Assembly: GCF_964355755.1 (NCBI RefSeq)
Contig: NC_092679.1
Coordinates: 13,065,432 to 13,129,431 of the forward strand
Direction of reading: 5' to 3'
Source of the DNA: Antedon mediterranea
Taxonomy: Eukaryota > Animalia > Echinodermata
Length of the DNA: 64,000 bases
Below the pieces are notes generated by a model that made no database searches, was not told the origin of the DNA, and was given only the letters and a program-made list of their open reading frames with translations. A program made the position numbers and the translations under genes. Numbering within the stretch: position 1 is the stretch's first letter; each line of letters starts with the position of its first letter. Shown here piece after piece: positions 51,101 to 61,824 of the stretch.

Positions 51101-51276
51101 AGATTAAACAGACAGTACCAATAACGATTGCGAGCGAAACGATTGCAAACAAAGAGCAAACATCCACCAACCAACCGGTTGAAGAGGAACATAGATTGTC
51201 TTCATCGCCTGAGGTTATTCCACGACGCTCCACGCGACTTCGAAGGAAGCCAACACGACTTATCGAAGAGATATAG
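48172..51276 (+). CDS. pol: Gypsy pol: partial protease, RT, RNase H, integrase
   Basis: 1034-aa ORF. RT: KIDL..AY, RLPFG, IMDD. RNase H: DAS, DH, ADALSR. Integrase: HHCC (H..H..C..C) and D,D35E (HIDY, SDNG, AERMV). Confidence 0.93.
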   Translation: MFCVGIKQDNSVPPITVSIISFDDYESKLSHLPLKSVKRTLHAYTGTKLDIAGEIKVTVNYRGQSNVLPLIVVRTQRRNSPPLLGRTWLEVIKLDWKSLFPPSLAQNSVEIDNDVGQSFKRKFPEVFRTELGTVQGHKATLHLKVNAIPKFCKARNVPFALRSAVEVVLDRMQNEGVIYPVDFSQWATPLVCIPKADGRVRVCGDYKVTVNPSLNCDQYPIPTPEEVFTKLGGGKRFSKIDLKCAYQQLVLEDEAQELVTINTHRGLYRYTRLPFGISSSPAIWQRFIEQVIAGLKGTCAIMDDVLVTGASDKEHISNLEKLFERFNKYGLRVKAEKCAFVQKEVVYMGRKLSAAGIQPTNDKVKAIKDARAPQNASELRSWLGLVNYHASFIPRLSTMIHPLNELLGSKPWSWTVDCSKAFNAVKRIISEDMMLTHYDPLKPLELYTDASPYGVGAVICHVNENNIKTPIAYASRSLHKHEKGYAQLDKEALSIMFGLQRFRTYLYGRKFTIRTDHKPLERILGPKSAIPTLAAQRLQRWAIVLSAFEYDLKFIPGKQNVIADALSRLPMPYEGREDDAVYNIAGHTLDNLPVTSTNVQQHTRKDPLLSKVLYMVQTGLWQSENDDDLKPFLHRRDELSVEQDCLLWGYRVVIPPKLRGAVLEELHCAHPGIVRMKEIARSHVWWPQIDSDIERLVKQCQACHQTQSRPSVAPMMPWIWPNQPWTRIHIDYAQKDKRDYLVVVDSYSKWPEVVQMNSTTSAATIKAMRELFSRYGLPVQLVSDNGPQFVSDEFEFFLKQNGVKHVKVAPYHAASNGAAERMVQSFKRSLAASRANGKDFQQCLDRFLLSYRTTKHATTGQTPAKLFMGRELRTRVSLLHPSTENKVLNKQSDQKLHHDKTKDLREFYPGEMVLVKDFRQEGKWWPGTVIERTAPKSYVISVEDGRVWKRHIDQLKATDADAYASKTPTSHSELKHKIKQTVPITIASETIANKEQTSTNQPVEEEHRLSSSPEVIPRRSTRLRRKPTRLIEEI

Positions 51277-53380
51277 AACTTGTGAACAATGTTATTATTA
51301 TGAACGTTAAAGTTATGTTGTTCATGTTTTTACACAAAATTATAATGGTGAGAATTACTCACATTTGTTAATTATTATGAGGAACCAAATAAGAACTATC
51401 TGGAACTATAGAAGCAGTAATTTAATCACGATGATTAACCTATTTGATTAACAAAATAATTAACGAAAGTTTATTGTGCTTATTGATATAATGTTAACGT
51501 TAAAATAAGAAAGGAGGAGTGTAGTATATGCACGCGCACATATATATATGCGTACTGCGCATATGCTCTGACGAGGTTAGCCTACAAAACGTTCTATACT
51601 ATTGTTCATGACTACTAGTTGGTTTCATTAAATACGTTCATTATTATACTCATCTCAATGTACTTATTAATTTGTCTACGACGATACACGACATTATACA
51701 TATTATAAGTTTTGTCGGTAACATTCAAAAATATTATGCAACAGTGTTACGGAATAATGACAATGAATTGGTCTATTATAGTTGTCTGTGATACCTTTTA
51801 TTACATGATTGTACTTGCAACAGGATAGAATGAGGTTTAATCCAGTTATTATTCTTATTATATTAATTTTTTTTTTTTATCTGGGGTGTATTTATTTGAT
51901 TATACATGTTACCATTATTACACCCAAACAAAATAAACGCCTTCCCTGAATAACTAAATGCCCGGACCTTTTATTCGGGTAACTATAGTAAGTTACTTCT
52001 AGCATTCTTAACTGTTGAGCTCGAGTATTTATTCGAATTAACACCCGCTTTGAATAAAAGCCTCCATTCCCTCCAATAGAACATCATGTGGAATAAACGC
52101 TCCGCCACATGCATTTACAAAATAATTGTATCACAACACATTTCATTAATTACCATAATCTACAATTTACCAAGCATTTTGACATAATGTTATCATTTTT
52201 TTATATTAATTGTGCTGTATTTTTTTACATCTAGGTGGTATTTATTTGATTATACATGTTACCATATTATACCCCAAATAAAGATGCCTCCCCTCCCCCT
52301 AAAACCCCTTTTGAACAATAAATGCCCGGGGCGTTTAATCGGATACACATGGCAAGTTACTTCTAGCATTCTGAAAAGAACTGTTGAGCTTGACGTTTAT
52401 ATCAAAATGTTCTCGTGGACAGCAATAACTAGTAGGCGTACTTGAAATTGAAACAATTTAAAGTATCATATTGCATAACATTACTGTCTAAGGATAAGTT
52501 GTGTAGAGATATGTTTTTTGTTTGAAACATTAGTAATAGTATTTTCTGTTCATCTTTTAACCACATTTTCTATTACAATGAATGTAAATATGTATATTTC
52601 AAACAATTTGATACCAAATTTAAGTTTCTACGACCAGTACTTACAGAGATATGAAGATGCCCTGGTATGTGGGTCAAAGGTCAGAAATGGCATTTCTGAT
52701 CATTTTACACTAAAATGCCCCATTAGACGGAATATAAATGCATGCCTTCTGAACATTTTGAGACCAAAATTGACTTGCTGCGACCAGTGGTTGCCGAGAT
52801 ACAAGTACCTTTATTTATTTGTTTATATAACCCTTGACCCTGACCCTTTGACGTTTTGTAACATTTTTCAAAATGTTTTTCATATAACAAAATATATATT
52901 TCAAACAATTTAAAACCAAATTCAAGTGTCTACGACCAGTAGTTACGGAGATAAATACATGCCCTGGGTTGTGGGTCAAAGGTCAGAAATGGCATTTCCG
53001 GTCATTTTAAACTAAAATGTCCCATTAGACTGAATATAAATGTATACCTTCTGATCAATTTGAGACCAAAATTACTTCGCTGTGACCAGTGGTTGTTCAG
53101 ATTTAAGGACATATTGGTGTTTGGTCTTATGACCTTTCACCCTGACCTTTTGACCTTTCGCCACATTTTCAAAATGTGTAACCAAGCCAAAAATGATTGT
53201 TTGACCACCCTAAACCAATTTCTGAAGTCAAATTCTCTGGACCTCAAAGTGCATACGAAAGTTGATCTAGCTACTAGAGTAAATGGATAGTTTCCTCTTC
53301 AAAATCAGACTCCGAAATGTCGAGATCGTACACAATACGTGTTGACATCTTGCCGATACAGTACAGTTTGTATACAATAA

Positions 53381-54200
53381 AGCCCCTTTCTCACAGATGT
53401 GTCTGCAATATACCGGTACAGTGCTGGCGTCGTGCCGGTATCGTTACCGGCATATACCCATTCTCATCGGACTATCGTGCCGGAAATATAACCGGTATAT
53501 ACCGGCTTTCTGTGAGAAAGGAGTCGGGCATATTCGGCCAATAAAAAGTCTCTGACAAAATAATTATTGAGGGCGTCCTTTATTGTTATTATTTTAGTCT
53601 AGGGATATATGGCGGCGAATGTTAGGTTACAGATTATTATCTTCCTTTATAGCATATTTATGCAATACATGCTATGTACAGTATATTGTGCATATATTAT
53701 ACAGGTACAGCAATTAATTAGCCGTCAATTGGCAATCTGTAAAACACCTTAGAAGGCTGTACAATTTACAAGGCAACGAAGGCACCAACAAAGAGCTATA
53801 TGGCCTCTCTCTAGGCTAGGCCTGCTATAGATTATGCTACACATTTCTTCTTGTCCCCTTATTTTAAGCAGCTCTCTTATCTCATTATCCCTCCAGTTCG
53901 ACATTATTATTGTTAATTGAATTGAATCGGCGCCAAAGTGATACACTTCTTGACCGCGCAAGGTGTCTGAAGCCTCGACAGGGAACCCCGGAATATAACG
54001 GCGTTACGTTCTCACAGAATGCCCGTCTGGCATTGCGGGGAATATCCCTGGAATATTACTAGGTCTAAAGCAGGTCATGTCGATGCCGGCATGGTGCCGG
54101 CATGATGCAAAGACGACCCGTTCTCACAGAAAACCATACCGGCATGGTAATGGTATATTCCCGCAATATTCCTGGCACTCAGCTCTGTGAGAAAGGGGCT
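53381..54200 (-). mobile_element. PIF/Harbinger deletion derivative with Myb/SANT remnant
   Basis: 17-bp TIR AGCCCCTTTCTCACAGA, TAA TSD (53378-80, 54201-03), MSNWRDNEIRELLKIR (trihelix/SANT-like start) on the minus strand. Confidence 0.85.
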
Positions 54201-54622
54201 TAAGAGAGATGCGTCGCGACCAGGTCAGTGCTGCAAGTGTGTTCATCTTATGACGTCACGATTTATCGCCTTGGATTTCCTGCTTCCAAATTCGACTTCG
54301 GAGATATAAACTCCGATGTATGTAAATCATAAAAAATTCATAATATACGCTTATAGAATTTATGTTATCAAAACGTACTAATAAAATCAACATATTCATA
54401 CCCAAATCAGCCAAAAAACGTTATACATCAAATACCATGTTCCATGATCTTTAACACTTAAACGTGTTAATAATTTTGACATTAACACTTAAACGTGTTC
54501 ATTAAGTGTTATCCGAAACGTGTTAATTTTAGCGTTTAAACATTAACACTACTTTTTACAGTGTACAATAATACGAGGATGCTTCGCATTTTCCTATCTC
54601 CTCCTACAATAATTGTTTTTAA

Positions 54623-55927
54623 CTAGATGGTACGCTCGCGTACCATCTAGTTCGTGCCCACAGATGGTTCTCGAATACATAGTAATTTCAGCGTAAAAAA
54701 ACTGGCGATTTCAAATGTACGTACGGCAGGACTATAAAACATTGTCTTTTACAGAAACAAAAAAATAGACACAGTGATTTATGTAGTCAACCAAAATTAG
54801 CACCTAGAAACTTGTCACAAATGAGTCCAAATTTGTTATTTGGACTCATTTAAACAAACCCAATTTTGTATCTATTAGAGTTTAGGGTTTTGTATCTAAC
54901 ATTAGAGTTGAGCGTTGGGGATGAGGATAGGTACAAAGAGGAACAATTTTTTAATATATTCTTTATATTAAATGGTTCTTTAATATATTTCTTTAGTATC
55001 CACTCTCAGTAACGAAATATTTTTTTATAGGCCTATAAATAATATACCACTAAATAGAGTAAAACATTTCCGATTTAATACTTTATTAAAACTGTCACTG
55101 TCTCATGGTCGATTGAAATAGTAAAGTACATTTAAAGACCACTAATACGTTTATATTTTTGTAATTATTAATTAATACAAACGTTGAGAAACAACCGACA
55201 GTAATAAAGTATTATATTATTATGTGTTTAATCTAAAAGTAGGGGCTACCCACACTCACAGTGATAAAGTTTATTAGTATATTTGTTTATATTATATTTA
55301 ACAGTACTAACACACTTTTGATTCAAATGGCGATCAAAAGTGGTTAATACCTATTTGCAGTATTGTATAGCATTACAATACTATTTCTGTTTATTCTCCA
55401 AGGGTCTATAAATTTACCTACTTGTGTTAAACCATGGAGGTATGCAAGTATGGTTAAACCAAATAATTTGGAATGTTCCATTCATTGCAAATCAATACAT
55501 TTGCATAAACGTATATTAAATCTATCAAAATAGTATTTTTTAAAGAAAATCGGCCTGTCTTCAACATTATGATACTGTACTCGAGCTGTTCAACCGGTTT
55601 TCAGCTATTAAAAACAATTATCGTAGGAGGAGAAAAATGCGAAGCCTCCTCGCATTTTTGTGGCGGGTATTTTTCAAGATGGACATCCATTAGACAGTGT
55701 ATACCACGATCGGAAAACACCCCTATTTGGGGCAAATCGTTGAACCTAAATTCGTTTTAATCGTCAATAACTAATTATCGAACTCAATTTAATTAGTAAA
55801 CAGGGTTACATCAGGCGGTTAAAATCAGTACCGAAAGTACGAACCAACTTTATATACCATCGAGTAAACATTCTAGAAATAACGCGCGATTTACCGAATT
55901 TTGCCCTTACGTAAATTTATATATAGA
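54623..55927 (-). mobile_element. Helitron copy H3 (subfamily B), inserted inverted into H2
   Basis: TC start at 55927, CTAG end at 54623. Interrupts TTTTTAA|TG(G/A)CTGAAAACC at an AT site. Confidence 0.88.
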
Positions 55928-56808
55928 TGACTGAAAACCGGTTGAACAGCTCGAGTACAGCATCATAATGTTGAAGACAGGCCGATTTTCTTTAAAAAAT
56001 ACTATTTTGATAGATTTAATATACGTTTATAGAAATGTATTGATTTGCAATGAATGGAACATTCCAAATTATTGCATACCTCCATGGTTTAACACAAGTA
56101 GGTAAATTTATAGACCCTTGGAGAATAAACAGAAATAGTATTGTAATGCTATACAATACTGCAAATAGGTATTAACCACTTTTGATCGCCATTTGAATCA
56201 AAAGTGTGTTGGTACTACTGTTAGATATAATATAAACAAATATACTAATAAACGTTATCACTGTGAGTGTGGGTAGCTCCTACTTTTAGATTATAAACAC
56301 ATAATAATATAATACTTTATTACTGTCAGTTGTTTCTCAACGTTTGTATTAATTAATAATTACAAAAATAAAAACGTATTAGTGGTCTTTAAATGTACTT
56401 TACTATTTCAATCGACCATGAGACAGTGACAGTTTTAATAAATTATTAAATCGGAAATGTTTTACTCTATTTAGTGGTATATTATTTATAGGCCTATAAA
56501 AAAAATATTTCGTTACTGATTGGATAATAAAGAAATATAAAGAATAATTTAACAAAATTGGGTTTGTTTAAATGAGTTCAAATAACAAATTTCGACTCAT
56601 TTTGTGACAAGTTTCTAGGTGCTAATTTTGGTTGACTACATAAATCATTGTGTCTATTTATTTGTTTCTGTAAACGACAATGTTTTATAGTCCTGCCGTA
56701 CGTACATTTGAAATCGCCAGTTTTTTTACGCTGAAATTACTATGTATTCGAGAACCATCTGTGGGCACGAACTAGATGGTACGCGAGCGAAGCGAGCGTA
56801 CCATCTAG

Positions 56809-58238
56809 TCTATATATAAATTTACGTAAGGGCAAAATTCGGTAAATCGCGCGTTATTTCTAGAATGTTTACTCGATGGTATATAAAGTTGGTTCGTACT
56901 GTCGGTACTGATTTTAACCACCTGATGTAACCCTGTTTACTAATTAAATTGAGTTCGATAATTAGTTATTGACGATTAAAACGAATTTAGGTTCAACGAT
57001 GTGCCCCAAATAGGGGTGTTTTTCGATCGTGGTATACACTGTCTAATGGATGTCCGTCTTGAAAAATACCCGCAGACAATAATACGAGGATGCTTCGCAT
57101 TTTCCTATCTCCTCCTACGATAATTGTTTTTAATGGCTGAAAACCGGTTGAACAGCTCGAGTACAGCATCATAATGTTGAAGACAGGCCGATTTTCTTAA
57201 AAAAATACTATTTTGATAGATTTAATATACGTTTATACAAATGTATTGATTTGCGATGAATGGAACATTCCAATCTCTGTTCCACAAGTGTCTATTCCCT
57301 CAGGCGTCGTAAAGGCAAGTACTGTATACTTATAACAGAAATTCGATCCATTTTTTTTCAATCTGTGCTGCAGTGGTTGGATATACATTTTTTTTTAAAC
57401 GGATAATGAGCTAGAGTTTTCACTCGCCGTATATTATGTACAAATCTTTATTATTGCAATTAAACCACCCACATCATCACCCTTCCCTCACTGGCATGAG
57501 TAGCGTTGTAAAACCAGTAGAGGATAGGCCTACGGTGCATCACGTGCCCTAAACGCAGAACAACTTTGGTGGGTAGGATAGGAACCAACTTAAGTATGAA
57601 TTGGCTCTAAGAAACAATTGAAAACCATTAAGTTGAGTTAGATAATTTAATATTTATTGACGATTAAATCGAATTTATGATTTTCCCCGAATAGAGGTGG
57701 TTTTCACAAATTGTTTTACATTATATAAATATATACACGTCGTAGTGATGTATCGTTACATGTACTGTACTATTTCAATCGACTTGGACGGTGATAGTTT
57801 CAACAAAGTATTACATCGCAATGTTTTACTGTGTTTAGTGGTATATTATTTGTAAAACATGAAAACAATTAATATTTCGTTACTAAATAGATAAAGAATA
57901 TATTTAAAAATTGTTCCTCTTTGCACCCATCCTCTTCCCCATCCCTCAACCCTAATGTTACATACAAAACACAAATTAAGTTTGTTTAAATTTGACTTAA
58001 ACAATTGGTCTCATTTTGTGACAAGTTTCTCTTTCGGAAGTAATTCCCGGTGTGCTAATTTTAGTTGAGTACACATAAATCACATTGTCTATTTTCGTTC
58101 CTGTAAACGACATGTATTTGTCCTGCGGTACGTACATTTGAAATCGCCATTTTTTTAACACTGAAATTATTATGTATTCGAGAACCATCTGTGGGCACGA
58201 CCTAGATGGTGCGCGAGCGAAGCGAGCGTACCATCTAG
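56809..58238 (+). mobile_element. Helitron copy H4 (subfamily A)
   Basis: TCTATATATAAATTTACG ... GCGAGCGAAGCGAGCGTACCATCTAG|T. Matches H1. Confidence 0.9.
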
Positions 58239-58373
58239 TACTTACAATTGTGCCTATCACCTGACCTTTCGAAATGGTAATGATGCCATCTGCAGAGTTT
58301 CAGCTTTTATAAGCTTGAATGATTCCCTCTGGAAATTTCATATTTGATAGCCTTTTGGTACAGAGGTAATTTT

Positions 58374-58418
58374 TAGTCGCGTGGAAGCGACTCTATAGTT
58401 CACTATGTCGGTCGGTCG

Positions 58419-58469
<51 letters not shown>

Positions 58470-59178
58470 GGTCCGGTATCACTATGCGTTTTATCGCTTT
58501 CTGACCTTATCTTGATATCAGTTTAATCTAGCTAGGTCAATTTTTCACAGTATATTCCTTATGGCCAGGAATCAATGTGGTTATGTTTTCACGGTGCGCT
58601 ATAAAAAATTACGCGGTCTACGCACGATTTAACAAAATCACGTTTGTAATCATATCTTCACAACCATGAATCACAATTAAATAAAATTTGTTACTCATAA
58701 ATTTCAGGGCATAAATCATCATATGGCAATACAATTACGTGCGTAGCGCATGTAACGCATGCGTACGCGCGCTTAACATTTTCAAAATTAATTTTCGATG
58801 AAATAAGAGTACATTTCAGGCAATTTTAAGCGTTTACAAAATTGCCATGAGTGCGCATATTTTTGCGCGCGCACTGCGCGTTAAATGTTATTGCGCACTC
58901 TTTTTGCCCGATTTCTGTTTTCTTGACTTACTTTTCAACTCGAAATTACGTTATACGAGCACGTCGAAAGTGACAGGCTACGCACGTGTAAATTAAAAAA
59001 AAATAAATGTTTTTAAACATTTCAATATTTTTAAACATGTTCAGTAATTTCGGTCAGTATAGTTCACTATGTCGGTCGGTCGGTCTCTCTCTCTGTCTGT
59101 CGGTCTGTCTGTCGGTCTGTCTGTCGGTCCGGTATCACTATGCATTGTAGCACGCGACTTAATGGCTGTTGGCTCTTT
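58374..59178 (+). mobile_element. DINE-1-like HINE copy with two microsatellite blocks; 5' fragment also at ~61164-61225
   Basis: Same family as 27610-28317. The AGTTCACTATGTCGGTC(GTCT)nCGGTCCGGTATCACTATGC block occurs twice. Sub-TIRs AGTCGCGTG/CACGCGACT. Confidence 0.82.
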
Positions 59179-59599
59179 TTAGTCATAATTTAGTAAATCT
59201 TTTGTTTACAAACTTTTTATATAGCCTATGACCATCTCCATAGCAAGGTGCACATTTTAAACGGATCGGATTGCAGACGGCGGCATGCATTATGGACACA
59301 TTTTTTGTGTTTTCCTTTTATATATATATAGCTAGATTATTTTACAATATTGAGCAATTTAAAAAAAATAAATAATATCTTTTTTTATTTTTACATAAAG
59401 TTGCAACCACGACCAACCTCTAATGGACGAAAGTGTTCAACAAATCATGCGGTTGACTGTGCGATAAAAAGAAGTGATGTTTATGTTACAGGTACACAGC
59501 TTCATCTTTTATATTAAGAGTATTACTAAATATACTATTTAGTACAAACAGTAGTGAAGAAGTACAAAAGATGAGTATAAAGCATAGTGAAACATGGTC

Positions 59600-60931
59600 T
59601 ATAGGGCATGATAGAAGAGTTACATAGAGTATGATGGAAGCGTATAATAGCATGATGGAAGTGTTACATAGAGCATGATGGAAGAGTATAGCTGAGCATG
59701 ATGGAAGAGAATAGAGCATGATGAAAAAGTATAGAGCATAATGGAAGAGAATAGAGCATGATGGAAGAGTATAGCTGAGCATGATAAAAATGTATGATGG
59801 AAGAGAATAGAAAATTATGAAAAGTGAATAGAGCATGATGGAAGTGTATAGAGGATGTTGGAAGTGTATAGAGTATGATGGAAGTGTATAGAGCATGATG
59901 GAAGTGTATAGAGCATGATGAAAGAGTATTGAACATTATGGAAGAGAATAGAGCACAATGAACGAGTATAGAGCATGATGTAAGAGTATAGATCATGATG
60001 GAAGTGTACAGAGCATGATAGAAGAGTATAGAGCATGATGACATGTTACATAGAGCATGATGGAAGCGTATAGAGCATGATGGAAGTGTATAGAGCATGA
60101 TAGAAGAGTATAGAGCATGATGACATGTTACATAGAGCATGATGGAAGCGTATAGAGCATGATGGAAGTGTATAGAGCATGATGGAAGAGTATAGCTGAG
60201 CATGATGAAAGAGAATAGAGCATGATGGAAGAGAATAGAGCATGATGGAAGAGAATAGAGCATGATGGAAGAGAATAGAGCATGATGGAAGCGTATAGAG
60301 CATGATGGAAGTGTATAGAGCATGATGGAAGAGTATAGCTGAGCATGATGAAAGAGAATAGAGCATGATGGAAGAGAATAGAGCATGATTGAAGAGAATA
60401 GAGCATGATGGAAGAGAATAGAGCATGATGAAAGAGTATAGAGCATGATGAAAGAGAATAGAGCATGATGAAAGAGTATAGAGCATGATGAAAGAGTATA
60501 AAGCATGATGGAAGAGAATATAGCATGATGAAAGAGAATAGAGCATGATGGAAGAGAATAGAGCATGATGGAAGAAAATAGAGCATGATGGAAGAGTATA
60601 AAGCATGATGGAAGAGAATAGAGCATGATGGAAGAGAATAGAGCATGATGAAAGAGTAGAGAACATGATGAAAGAGAATAGAGCATGATGGATTAGAATA
60701 GAGCATGATGAAAGAGTAGAGAGCATGATGAAAAAGAATAGAACATGATCGAAGAGAATAGAGCATGATGAAAGAGAATAGAACATGATGAAAGAGTGTA
60801 AAGCATGATGGAAGAGAATAGAGCATGATGGAAGAGAATAGAGCATGATGGAAAAGAATAGAACATGATGGAAGAGTATAAAGCATTATGAAAGAGTATA
60901 GAGCATGATGAAAGAGTTTAGAGCATGATGG
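59600..60931. repeat. ~20-bp minisatellite array (ATAGAGCATGATGGAAGAGA)
   Basis: More than 60 units with variant monomers. Source of the repetitive minus-strand ORFs. Confidence 0.95.
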
Positions 60932-61824
60932 TATACAAATAATGAATGTTTATGAGTGTAATAGTACAAATAATGGCATGAGATGAATGGTGAAATGTTA
61001 TATATAACCATTGATCATTCACCAAAAAACATTATTTGTACCATTACACGAATATAAAACATATATATCTAAATAGATTCCTGTCATTTGAATCGAATAA
61101 AAGGTAGGCCTAACCAAGGCCTAAATTTGATTCACATTGATTAAAACAGTAACATTTGATTTTTAGTCGCGTGGACGCGACTCAATAGTTCACTAAGTCG
61201 GTCGGTCGGTCGGTCGGTCTGTCTGATTACATATTATTATTTATATGTATTTTAGAAATGCACCTACTTGTTAGGCCCTAGTGTTAATTATGTCAATCCT
61301 AGGCCTAGCAAGGCTAAAACGCCTCTAGGCTATGCCCAAAACTTTAGGCCTAGCTAGGCCTAGGCTGAAAGAAAACAAAACGAAACTTCGACAGGCAACT
61401 AGAAGTCATCCAGGCTAATTATTTTTTTCCTACGATTCCACGTCTTGTAGAGAAGTTCCAGGGGCGGATCCAGCATTGTAGGTTAGAGGGGAGTAGCTTG
61501 CGAGCGGAGCGAGCAACAGTTGTCGGGGTCCAGGGGCCGAGGGCCCTGGAAAAACTTCGGTATCTGACGTTTTCTAGACTGATTTAGGGATTGTTATTTT
61601 ATCGATGAGCATCTCACACACAAAAACAACAGCTCAGTGAATGCAGCTATACAAACTGTAAGGCATAGATTAGACCGCATGTATTTTTTGTCAAGAGGAT
61701 CACAAAACTCGCACTGAATAAATAAGAGTACTATGAAATTATCTCCTGAACACCATGGCCAATGAGATACATCATAAAGATATTTTCCCCCGAACAAATA
61801 ATTAGGCCTACAAAAAGGCTAGGC

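Larger units (their letters stand above)
47294..51693 (+). mobile_element. Ty3/Gypsy LTR retrotransposon (Mag-like), defective gag and protease
   Basis: LTRs TG..CA at 47294-47470 and 51520-51693, TSD TTATA, PBS TGGCGACGAGGAT (complementary to the tRNA-Ser(GCT) 3' end), PPT AAAATAAGAAAGGAGGAG. Confidence 0.95.
45507..53281. mobile_element. Long-TIR (~1.26 kb) non-autonomous DNA transposon, Academ-like
   Basis: 45507-46763 is the inverse of 52023-53281. Ends TACTCTAGTAGCTAGATC. 3-bp TSD AAT (45504-06, 53282-84), whose removal restores the interrupted reading frame. Internal repeats rich in GGTCAAAGGTCA. Superfamily is an inference. Confidence 0.75.
45317..53348 (-). pseudogene. Second KolX-like exon 1 (53348-53282 joined to 45503-45317), split by the long-TIR insertion
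   Basis: MSTRIVYDLDISESDFEEETIH+YEFEIDEDEGDDVM..EPDLTDSE..NNTW aligns with the + strand MSTRIAYDFDSSSSEELEEETLIVECETEENEGETIL..YEPD..LNW. Confidence 0.7.
42322..54450. mobile_element. Kolobok DNA transposon (internally deleted)
   Basis: Perfect 26-bp TIR AGATCATGGAACATGGTATTTGATGT, TTAA TSD (42318-21, 54451-54), purine-purine start. Convergent KolX-like gene and transposase-like tail. Confidence 0.85.
40463..54563 (+). mobile_element. CACTG-type (EnSpm/CACTA-like) non-autonomous transposon
   Basis: TIR CACTGTAAAAA/TTTTTACAGTG, 2-bp TA duplication (40461-62, 54564-65), sub-terminal AACGTGTTAATAATT..TTAACAC repeats. Broken exons at ~41568-41636 and ~41888-42050 may be remnants of an accessory ORF. 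Confidence 0.8.
40197..56808 (+). mobile_element. Helitron copy H2 (subfamily B), split into 40197-40462, 54564-54622 and 55928-56808
   Basis: 5' A|TCTATATAT. The pieces rejoin seamlessly against the intact copy at 56809-58238. 3' hairpin plus CTAG at 56805-56808. Confidence 0.88.

Noticed and set aside
59486-60886. Long minus-strand ORFs (340, 266, 252 aa)
   Set aside because: Products of a stop-poor 20-bp tandem repeat. All three frames give the same periodic peptide.
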